Source: Paraglomus brasilianum
Taxonomy: Eukaryota
Direction of reading: 5' to 3'
NCBI GenBank assembly: GCA_910592345.1
Contig: CAJVPI010000036.1
Span: forward strand, 53,210 to 73,209
DNA length: 20,000 nucleotides
The notes under the pieces are model-generated. The model was not told where the DNA came from and searched no databases. It worked only from the letters and a program-made list of their open reading frames with translations. This document shows positions 10,309-20,000 of the stretch, in pieces. The first letter of the stretch is position 1. The number at the start of each line of letters is the position of its first letter. Both the position numbers and the translations under genes were made by a program.

Positions 10309-10412
10309 GTAAAGCAGAGAGACTTTCAATCTTCCCTTGCAAAGGAGCCACTAGCTAGAAAATATCATAGGGAACGTTGGCACAACGCACCCACTGCTAC
10401 ACCAGGTAAGTC
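10309..10412. repeat. direct repeat, copy B (104 bp)
   Basis: Second copy of 9299-9422, same orientation, starting 1010 bp downstream. Confidence 0.95.
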
Positions 10413-10681
10413 GTTTGGTGGGTTATTAATGTTGTCTCAATAGTCTTTTTCCGTGGGATTGTTCTTCAAAGATAAAAATTTCTTATTGTAGATGCAGCCA
10501 TGGCCTTTTGTTTGTCGAGCAACTTATAAATTTCAAACGCCATTTTGTTAAATGAAAATTTTGGTTCTTTTATCGTATTAGTATAAGTTTCAATATCTGG
10601 CGAATAAATTTTGTTCGTTGCCAACAGTTTTGTTATGGATTGTAACTTCATCGTTGAATTAATGCTCCCATATGATTAAGC

Positions 10682-10796
10682 GGGTCGGTATTATTTCATC
10701 GACAGTTCACTTCACCGACAATTAACTACCAAAAAAGGATAACTTCGAAATAATGTTAGTGAATATTTGTAATTGTCGATGAAATGATTGCCTCCC
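10682..10796. mobile_element. 115-bp MITE with 9-bp TSD (Mutator- or Merlin-like)
   Basis: Exact direct repeat TGATTAAGC at 10673-10681 and 10797-10805. 26-bp TIRs GGGTCGGTATTATTTCATCGACAGTT vs GGGAGGCAATCATTTCATCGACAATT (20/26). Subterminal copy CACTTCACCGACAATT. Confidence 0.8.
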
Positions 10797-10950
10797 TGAT
10801 TAAGCTGACCATTGCAAATTACGCCATTTAGCAATAGAAGCCAATTAATACTCCAAAAAGGGATTCGCTTGAATCTATGTTACATACTTCATCGAATTTT
10901 ACATTGAAAGTACAATCAGTTAGCTCAAAAACTATATGATTTACATAGTA

Positions 10951-11096
10951 CACAGTGAAATTCACTTTAACGAAGTCTCACTTTAACGAAGATCGCTTTA
11001 TAACGAAGTTCTTTCCAGAACGGATTCATATATTTCATATAAAAAGCGAAGCAAAATCGTGGAACGAATGTCTTCGTTAAAGTGAATTTCACTGTG
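10951..11096. mobile_element. 146-bp MITE with TA TSD (Tc1/mariner-pogo-like)
   Basis: Perfect 25-bp TIR CACAGTGAAATTCACTTTAACGAAG at both ends, flanked by TA (10949-10950, 11097-11098). Subterminal repeats CACTTTAACGAAG (10963-10975, 10979-10991) and CGCTTTATAACGAAG (10994-11008). Confidence 0.9.
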
Positions 11097-14000
11097 TAAT
11101 ATACAGAATCGTGTGTCGCGATTTGCGACGTTGATTAACATACGTCTTTCTCTTCCGATTCAAAAGTTGCCAATTGTAACGCTTCAGCTCGAGCTTTTGC
11201 GTTAGCACTCAAACCTTTCGCTTCAATCAGAGTGTTTGGATCTAACTCTTGGGCACCTTGCACCACAGTGTCGAGTAAATGCTATGTGCTTATCATCAAA
11301 TACGATGATAATGGCATGGCAATTTTGTGTACGGATAATCCTAAACTGTTGATTTCAGTCGACAAAATGACCATATATGTAAAATAACGTCTTACATACC
11401 TATACTAATACTTGAGTTAAAATATTTAAATCATGTTAGCCATAAGCTCCTAGTATCTGACAACGTTGATACTCATTACAGTTACTACAAGCCCTTCGAT
11501 ACACACGAGTCATTCACATATATGACCCGTGCCATAATACACTCTTATCGCGCTGATACACAGCCCGCATTCCTCTTACCACCACACTCAATTCGCTCTT
11601 CCATCATCTCAACTTCCCGTTTCAGATTCTATCATTCACCATCATCATCGTCTCTCTACTCATAAAATCCTCTTTCAGGTGGCGTGAGATAGAGAAAACA
11701 GGGGTGGATAACGAGAGCACGTTTCTGCTGCTGTTAAAAGCAAAATTTCTTGACCGGTTGTTGTTATTAGTCAAAGTTTGTAAGACATCATTTATTTCCC
11801 CGCCGCCAGTCAAAGTTCCGTGTTCATACGCCTTGTTGACTATATAGTGGGTTGGCTGTATTCTAATTTCGCCTTCTTGGTCTTCGATTACATAACTATC
11901 GTTATATTCAGGATTGGGCGATTGTATTTTAGAAACTTGGAGTTTTATTGCTGACACTTATCACACACTTGCGTGTTGAAGAAATAAACTGAATTTATCA
12001 TAACTTACCAATCCACAGCTCATGCATCACAAAAGCGAGAAAAGAGGAGGCGAATTCATTGTCTCTTAAAATCCTATAATTCTTCCTCTTCCTCTTCTTC
12101 TTCCTCTTTTTCCTCCGTGGAATACAGTTTATATGTTTACAGCGAACAAATAATTGGATGATATATAAACTTATTCTGTAACAATGCCATCAATCATATA
12201 CGATATATCGAAATTGTTAATTTTCAACAACGTTATTAGTTAATCGTTCAATGCTACGTTGAATATGTTCATAGCTATAATCGTACGATTGTCTACTAAA
12301 TAAGATAGTAAAAAAAAAGGCATAGTTAAACAGGAATATTACGATTGACTCTTTACCTCCTGACAGCCACTCGTTAAGATCGTTTATTGTGATTCCAGTC
12401 GGGAAATCGAAATGTACACAGAGATGCAAGATTTTAAACAAAACTGCTGTGCTGGGATGGCAAACGAAATAGGCTCATTTTATTTTGCCATTATAATGCT
12501 GATTAGATGTCGCTTATTGGTTGGGGTTAGGGTTAGGATATTAGACAATGCGCCTATTTCGATTCGGCATTAATATAAGGCCATCTTATTTCACTGCGAC
12601 ACAATGCATTCTTTATCACACTTACGATTGAATTGCATGCGTGAATGTTTATGATAATCCAAAGTACAAAATCATAGCTTCGTGGATAGTGTTGGCTTTC
12701 TGAGAGGAAGGCATGTATGAAGTGCAACCTGTCGCTTATAATAGTAACGCTAATATCCCAATTCAACACGCAGAATGACTTTCAGAATCCTAATGTGATT
12801 AAATTAATAGTACATGTGCATCTAATTGCAGTTAACAGAGGGAAAACATGAAACACGGTCCAAGCATTGCATAAGCTCGATCGTGCAAGTCAATCGGCGA
12901 TTGCTGCATATTCTTGAACCTCCAATGAAACGTATACAACTAAGAAACAAGCCATTTATCAAACATTCACTTAACTGAACTCACAAGCGTTATGTGCAAG
13001 TACACAGTATGGAAGGATTGTAATATATCTGTGAATATTGACAAGACATTAACTGGTATTGGATACGTATATATTAATCTTTAATTCAAGGAAAACCTAA
13101 TGCAGTGAGAATGCAAATAGTGAATACTTTGAGCGTAGACATAAAACACAGCATCTTTTTATGTTTGTTTAAGAATTGGTTTATTGTTCTTTGGATCTTC
13201 TGGTTTTCTTTTTCTTTCTTCACTATTAAACCTGCTATTTTCCCTTCTTTGGCTTCTCTTCTCACCGACTTTTATAATGATTACCCACGGGAATGTGTTC
13301 GCCTACGAGCGTTTTATGCATGTTTTATGAGTGTCTTAAGCCGCATTTCAGGAGTATACATTACTAAGAAAAAGTCTCAAGTTCACAATTATTTGGTTTG
13401 ATTCTTTCAGCTTTTCACCATGTTGAAAAGGCAAAACGATTGAAACTCTAGGTTGTTGAAAACAAAATTTAAATTTTGTGTCTAAAAAGAAAAGAAAAAG
13501 GTCTATAAGTCGAGCAAAACTCTGTAATTATAATATAATAAATAGCTATACGATACGAAACAAGAGTATGTGTGTTGTTACACAAGCAGAAGTAGATCAG
13601 CGAACTCATGTTACATATCTACACGCGAGACGAGAGAATTATCGAAAAAGCAAGAACGGATTGCTTGTGAGATGACATGGTGCAATGCTTACACAGTTTA
13701 TAATATAAAATTTTTTTCTAATTATAATGTCAACAAAAAGAGTAATGATTGAAGGAAATGCATCACATGCATGATGATGATGATTCCCTTTGAAATTGAA
13801 ATTTTACGCAGTAAAAATAGTAACTAAGGAAAAGAGATTAGTTCTATAAGACTACTATACAAACGGCGTATGATTCACTCGGCCGAATCTTCTAACTGCA
13901 AAAGAAGGCTTCTTTTTTATTAAATGTTTACTTGCATGCGTCTGTGTAGTGACCGACCCGGTCCGATATTTGTAAAGACAATGATATTTCGTTACACGTT

Positions 14001-15250
14001 TGTCTTTTTTAGAAAAACCTATCGAGAATATCAAGACAATATGTGTGACCTATTTATTCGCTTTCGATTGTTGCTATTGTCTCATGCGTTTGTTAACAAA
14101 AAGTAGACCCCTGACTAAATAATAAGGGAGAAGGGATAAAGGGATGATGCGGATGTCAGCTTTGTCTACTTTGTCTGTTGGGATGGAATAATACAATAAA
14201 CGACATTACACAATGCGCAACATTGCCCATTTGGGATAGGAAATATAACAAACTCGGTTCAAGTACTGAGAATCCTGTATGCTTTATTTCATTCATTTCG
14301 CTACTAAAACCTGATATTGTGTAACATTTTTTAATTACGATCAAATAAACAAGACTCGAAGAGTAAGAGGGCAATTTCTAATAAATCCGCAATGAAACCA
14401 GTCGCTTTCGCCTTATTAAGAAGAACAAGCTTTGTAGTGTAAAAATAAAAATATATTTAATATTTACAGCCATGAATACTCTCAAAATTATAACTATAAG
14501 ACCGTAATTATTTGTCATCTCGAACGTGGAGACATGAATGAAAGCATAGAATTATTAGAATAATCACAAGGTAATATGAATTTTACAAAAAATTTTTAGC
14601 CGATTATACAGTCAAGAAGTTTACAGTTGGATAAAATAACACAAATAACTAATTTAATATAATTAATAATATATGATAGATAAATATGACAATACGCATT
14701 TTAGAGAATATATTAAGATTTCAGAAATATAAATAAATGAAACTTTGCGTTACTGAGATAAAAAAATATTCAACAATTGGTTTAAAAGATATGGCGGATA
14801 CCGAGATGCTTCCGGATATACAATACTACCCTACAACTACTGGTTTCATTGGACGTTGAAATAAACGTTTTCCAAATATCCGCAGTATTAACAAAGAAAA
14901 AAAATTTTTTTTTTTTCCTACAGAACAATCGATTGTTTATAATACGATTCCAAAAGTATATAAATATGCTGTTCTTTTTCCAGGAAACGAAAAAAAATTC
15001 TACCTCACAAGCCTTATTCACTCGGCACAAGTTAAACATATTATCTCTAAAATCGAAACCGATATATATCTGCTATTTGCTAGCCAACTAAAGCTCACCT
15101 TATTTACAAAACTCTGCGATATACAAATACTTATTTCGCAAGAAAGCTATCTATCGGTTCAAACAACAACGTTTCAATACCTTTCTCGTGTCCTCGTCAA
15201 CAACTATCACAAAGTATTCAACGCACGTACATTCTGTTTGCAAAAGCGAC

Positions 15251-15566
15251 ATGGCATCACTTCATGCCTCTATTAACCAAACGGAGACCGCGTTTCAAAG
15301 GCTTGTCGAAGAATTAAAGCTCTTTCAAGATGGGTTCGCCCAGGAGGAGAAGTCGGCTTATCCAACAAATACTTGTCATTTACAACATCAAAAATTTCAA
15401 TTTTTATCTTGTAAGAGAACGACTCTCCACACAACCGAAAATCCGAAAGCATATTACTGAGAGTACAGAGTCACGTCAAACGGCCAGTTTGATGACTACC
15501 CGCCAAGGGGGGGGGGGGGGGGGAGGATGGCATCAGTTAGATGATACCCGTTCCATTTTTCATTGA
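15251..15566 (+). CDS. possible short two-exon ORF or truncated gene remnant
   Basis: MASLHASINQTETAFQRLVEELKLFQDGFAQEE can be joined in frame, via a 64-nt intron (15352-15415, weak GTCGGC donor, AAG acceptor), to KERLSTQPKIRKHITESTESRQ... The N-terminus looks like an amphipathic helix. No family recognised. Confidence 0.25.
15507..15523 (+). repeat. G17 homopolymer
   Basis: 17 consecutive G residues in an otherwise AT-rich region. Confidence 0.9.
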
Positions 15567-16221
15567 TATGATCACCATTATTCTATTGTATTGTCTTCTT
15601 TTCTAGTTATACACAGAGTACTCTTTGTATATGATTATTAGCTAGAAATTAAGCACACTTTGTGCTAAAATCTAACATAGTATAATTATTGCTGTGTACG
15701 TGGGGTGGTTGAAAAGTTTTGATCATGGATTTTTATCTTGATCTTACCTAAAAATAAAAGACAAAGATTCAAAGCTTGAGGTTTTGAAAAAGTTGGTGCG
15801 AGTTGACATGTTAGTTGTTGAGTAGCATCCATTTTTATGGTACACTAAAACAATTGGGAAAAAACCCGATTTAAACATAATTCATTTCTCCAGTCTTCTA
15901 TGCAATTCTTGCAATCTTTTTTTTCTTTCATTTGTCTAAACCACCATGCACAAGTTGTGGTTCGGAATTACATGTGACCATTGCCATAAATAAAAATCAC
16001 GTGATCGATAGTTCATTTCAATTACATTCCGATCTAATACCACGAATCCATGCAGCTCTATGCGGTAAATTGCTTAGAAATGTATGGAGATAGGAATTTA
16101 TAAAAATTATGTTATAATGCATATGAAGTGATTTGCAGTATTCTAAAATCAAATGTCGGGTGTTTGAAATATTTGCTGCAGACATCAGATTGTGGTGATT
16201 GCAAGTCATGAGGGTTTGTTA

Positions 16222-17405
16222 TGTAGTGCGACAAAAAAACTTGACTATTTGCAGAAAAAGCTAACCACTAATTAAACTTTGTCAATCCTAGCTCAATTCG
16301 CGTCATATTTTGCCAACTAAAAAATGTAAACAACAGTCTTTTATTACGCGTCTTGAATAAATAAACCATTTTCAAATTGACTGTCAAAATGTCAACAAAC
16401 GAAAGATGTACGCTTTATTACATTATTGGAATGAAGGTATCCGTTCTGTGCCTGATCTAGCAAGAATCACAAAGTTATCAGTCTCAACTGTACGATATAA
16501 CGTTGAAAAATTTAAAAAAACTGGTACTTTGAAGTATAGAGGCGGTAATGGTTGTCCGAAAAAAATAATGGCCAATATATCGGCCAAACCGTACGCCGTA
16601 ATACATCAATATCATTACGTTCTCTTGCCCAATCGTGATAATATTGACGTGTCTTATCGTACAATTGGCAGACATTTAGAGTCTCTAGGCTATAAAAGAG
16701 CCTTAACCACGCCAATGCTCACAGAGGTTCATAAGCAAAACCGTGTCGGATGGGCCAAGAATCACCTTAACGACAATTGGAAAAACACACTATTTACTGA
16801 GCTGTACCGGAACACAGTTGAACGCTGGTACGGAAACGTCCAATTCGTCGTATGCCGAAAGACCGAAGGAATTTTTGCCTGGGGTGGGTTTTCCATAAGA
16901 GGGAAGACAAGTTTATTTTGCTTCCAGCGTATAGTGGATGGCAAATTTTACGTTAATATTCTTGAAAACCATCTTGGGGAAATTAATAAGATGCTTGGCG
17001 CTTTTACAGCAAGATAACGATCCCAAGCATACCAGTAAGGTAGCTAAAGAATTTCTTGCTAACAATGTGCTCAAAGTTATGGACTGGCTTCTTGTAGTCC
17101 TGACCTTAATCCTATAGAAAACTTATGGGCTATCGTTAAGAGCAACGTTGAAAAACGACTGCCCAAAATTTAGAAGAATTTATGACAGAAGAATGGAATT
17201 CTATTCCAGAATCAGTCTAAATAACTTAGTAAATTCAATGCGACGCCGTTGTGAGCTAGTTATAGAAAGCAACGGTGAGCGAATTGATAATAAAACTTGT
17301 TTCATATTTTTCTAGCTTTTAAACAACGTATCAATCACTAAATTGGTGCAGTATTGATAGATTTATAACAGATTTACTATCGTTAAGTATTTTTATCACA
17401 CACTG
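16222..17405 (+). mobile_element. degenerate Tc1-like (DD34E) DNA transposon, copy 2
   Basis: TA at 16220-16221 and 17406-17407. TIR cores GTGCGACAAAAAAACTTGACTAT vs right reverse complement GTGTGATAAAAATACTTAACGAT (18/23); the right end reads CAGTG. Transposase remnant inside. Confidence 0.9.
16389..17290 (+). pseudogene. Tc1-like DD34E transposase pseudogene
   Basis: ORF 16406-17017 (HTH region, TPMLTEVHKQNRVGWAKNHLNDNW, IFAWGGFSIRG, FYVNILENHL) is followed by frameshifted QQDNDPKHTSKVAKEFLANNVLKVMDW..SPDLNPIENLWAIVK and NSMRRRCELVIESNGERI. D-to-E spacing is 34 after repairing a 1-nt deletion. The first catalytic motif (DETAF) is deleted. Confidence 0.88.
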
Positions 17406-19334
17406 TATGGCGTGTTCAGAGAAATTATCAATGTCGTTCCTAATTTCTATGACGAATTAGAAATTTCCATGCTTTCTAACCATGATTATTTTCCAATTGT
17501 TTTAGGGTACCGTCGACAAACGTACATAACTCGACAATTACCAGGTCAATTCATGCCAACTTATTTTTCAGCTGTCCATTGGAACCTCAGGCTTGCAACT
17601 GTAGTCTTTGTTTTTAAATATGTTGGGCAGTTGTTGAGATAAATATCCACGATCAGAACTTTTCAACCGCCCCACATAGATAACCGTAATGTAATAAACA
17701 TTTTGTTAAATTGTTTATACCATCCACTCTGTTTATTATTTACCATCATTGATTCGTACATTACAACCAAACGTCAATAATTTTGTATGCGTATTGCATC
17801 GTACCAATTGTAAAAGCCAACAGTGTTGCGGTTGTGTACAGTGCATTCTCACCAGTAATGTAAAAGATCTATGAAGGTGACTAATCAACGAATGTTCGAT
17901 AAAAGAATGCAATGCAACATTTCTAAGAACCAATTATGACACTGACAGATTATCAATTGGTTATTTACTGCGGCCATTCTTGGTTAAATATCCGCCCGAT
18001 GCGCCATATGTAACAATTTACTATTTATTATATTTACTTACTTTATGTAGAAGTCGCTTCTATTGTTCTTTCAGGATTCAAACGATTTTGCAGCACGAGT
18101 ATTTTATTTCTTTGACTGACAATAAAAACGGGTAGGGAGCAACCTCAAATTGGGAATCGTGTCACCACATGGTATCCGCAGCCTGGAAATCGAAGTAACA
18201 AAGAAGAACCAATGACATATTTACTTGCAGAAGATAATGACAAAACTTTGTATCACAGAATGCGTTCTGACAATGCTGAAATTCCTAGAAGACCCGGGGT
18301 TAAACCTGCTCGTGTGACCCGCGTGTATGTCTTAACCCGGTAACCACAGCCGCTAAATGAAAAAAAAAAAGTTATAAAAACGAACTACTCACAACGAAAT
18401 TCTGTGTGATCAATGCAAATCACAAATAAGCATGAAAACCATTATATGCACTCACTACGTAAACCAACGTATGCGTTTAATCTGACTGTCCGCAGATTTT
18501 CTTGACGAAAACTACTATATATGAATCAACATAGCTATCGTATGGCCACCAACACAATCGTCCCAGAAAATCAGGAGCAGCGCATTTTAATTTATGCAGA
18601 ACACTTATGGAATGCGACCGGCTTTAGAATTAAAGTTCAGAGTCACGTACTGCTAACCGCTCGGCTCCCGGGGGGTGGGGATTTTTAGACGCCGTCGTCC
18701 CGCCAAATGTGACTCTCGACCCCAAATTTCAGACGGGAAGCAAAACTAGGCTCAACGGTACCATCCCACGATCATATCCATCCCAAATTGAGGCGCAGGC
18801 CGACAAAGTTGTTTGTTAATTATGAGACTATATGCTTAAACGCCATTTCTCTGTTAACTTAACTTGCCAATCTCGTAAAGCATGAGAAGCAGGCCAATAT
18901 TTTTACTGGGTCGCAAAGCTCGTTAAAATGTTGACAGATCACATAGTTGCTTTATGCGACTATGAGCTGTGTGTCCATCGAATCGGTTAATTTATGAAAA
19001 AAATTTTGTTTCAATAGATTTCGTGATATCATGTAAAGTGTGTATGCAATGATTTACGTTAATTAATAAACAATGAAATAAACAATGAAATATATACTTG
19101 CGTGACTCCTACACTGTTACACACCCCGTATGGCACCACGTTTGTGATAAGTACTGAAGTAAATAGACGTATTACTGTACTAAGGAAAAGTGCAAGCAAT
19201 CTCTTTTCCCAATATCATCTCTGTTTCCAAACATTGGTAGTGCTTAACTCATTATTCCATACTATTCCTCTAAATAGTTAGCATCATGCAGGGTCAATCT
19301 TATGTTCTCTATTCGGTTCATTTTCAGAAACGAA

Positions 19335-19342
19335 GTAGTAGC

Positions 19343-19385
<43 letters not shown>
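19335..19385 (+). repeat. (GTA)17 microsatellite with one GCA interruption
   Basis: GTA GTA GCA (GTA)14 read directly from the sequence. Confidence 0.95.
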
Positions 19386-19386
<1 letters not shown>

Positions 19387-20000
19387 AGATTCCCCGGATT
19401 ACATTCTTTCAAGGAATGAGGTCTATTTTATTATTCGGAACAGAAAACCTATTGTACTCTGATTCGCATACTCAACTGGGATGTGGCGTGGTAGTGTAAC
19501 ACATTGTCAAACCAACTTTTTAATAATCATGTTACCTTTTTAACCAGAAATATACGCTTTATGTACTCTACCCCCTGATAGAAGCGACCGGCGATGCATT
19601 ACAAACGCATCACGGAAATTTCTTTATTTACTTCTCCTTGATATTAATATTAATATGGTGCATTTCTCGCATGTAACATTTCCGACCGATTGTTCCGAAG
19701 CACCAATGATGGCAAAAGGTTGCAAATGTACTAACTATCCCAAGATTACCGGAGACAGCTTCCGAATATACTGTATCCTGTTGCCATCACTACCGCTCAG
19801 CAAAGCCGTTCCAATTAGATTCAACCCATATTTTCAATGCGATACATACAGTAACGTGCAAAAGTATCCTACCGGTTGTATCATCTAAACGTACATAATA
19901 ATAACTCCTTAAATTTTCCAGGAAAAAGATTTATGACAATGCCTGATCACACGTAAAATTTCAGCTCGAGCGGATGTCTCCAACAAAATTTGCAAACATC

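Larger units (their letters stand above)
10466..11281 (-). pseudogene. probable multi-exon pseudogene interrupted by two MITEs (may extend upstream to ~12440)
   Basis: Exon-like 11281-11144 (TAG|HLLDTVVQGAQELDPNTLIEAKGLSANAKARAEALQLATFESEEKD|GTATGT). The next acceptor, before 10874, is in matching phase 0. Removing the 115-bp MITE plus one TSD joins IQANPFLEY*LASIAKWRNLQWSA*SYGSINST in frame to the 10651-10466 ORF (MKLQSITKLLATNKIYSPD...). Confidence 0.45.

Noticed and set aside
9299..10412. Direct repeats as LTRs of a retrotransposon/TRIM or as a CRISPR array
   Set aside because: No TG..CA termini, PBS or gag/pol remnants. Only two copies separated by ~890 bp, in eukaryotic DNA with no cas genes.
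12521..12538. TTGGGG TTAGGG TTAGGA telomere-like motif
   Set aside because: Only one perfect unit; too short to distinguish from chance.
12554..15091. Numerous 60-98 aa ORFs rich in F/I/K/L
   Set aside because: Composition follows AT-rich low-complexity DNA; no recognisable motifs or consistent exon structure.
16484..16944. Minus-strand ORFs inside Tc1 copy 2 (and 5833-6051 in copy 1)
   Set aside because: Antisense shadows of transposase sequence.
19067..19092. 12-bp tandem duplication TAAACAATGAAA
   Set aside because: Ordinary slippage duplication with no associated feature.
19302..19499. ORF with poly-valine stretch
   Set aside because: Artefact of the (GTA)n microsatellite.

Overview
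Eukaryotic, AT-rich, intron-dense DNA with short introns (about 60-140 nt, GT/GC-AG, CTAAC/CTGAC-type branch points). It is most likely from an early-diverging fungus; Mucoromycota/Glomeromycotina is an inference only. Two housekeeping genes splice cleanly by eye: V-ATPase subunit G (870-1512, 4 exons) and a WHEP-domain histidyl-tRNA synthetase (6521-8815, 9 exons, GC-AG first intron). A gene of unknown function starts head-to-head with the V-ATPase gene at 581 and runs off the left edge. Mobile DNA comprises two decayed Tc1-like (DD34E) transposons (5007-6133, 16222-17405) and two MITEs (115 bp with a 9-bp TSD; 146 bp with a TA TSD) sitting in a probable minus-strand pseudogene. The most unusual observations are: (i) a small uncharacterised spliced gene (104-aa core) enclosed between two ~104/124-bp direct repeats 1010 bp apart; (ii) a ~130-bp internal inversion that flips the catalytic QQDNDPKHT segment of the first Tc1; (iii) a uORF whose stop overlaps the HisRS start (TAATG), plus an open non-AUG in-frame extension. 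The rest looks like decayed coding remnants and intergenic DNA. No rRNA, tRNA or CRISPR array could be supported.
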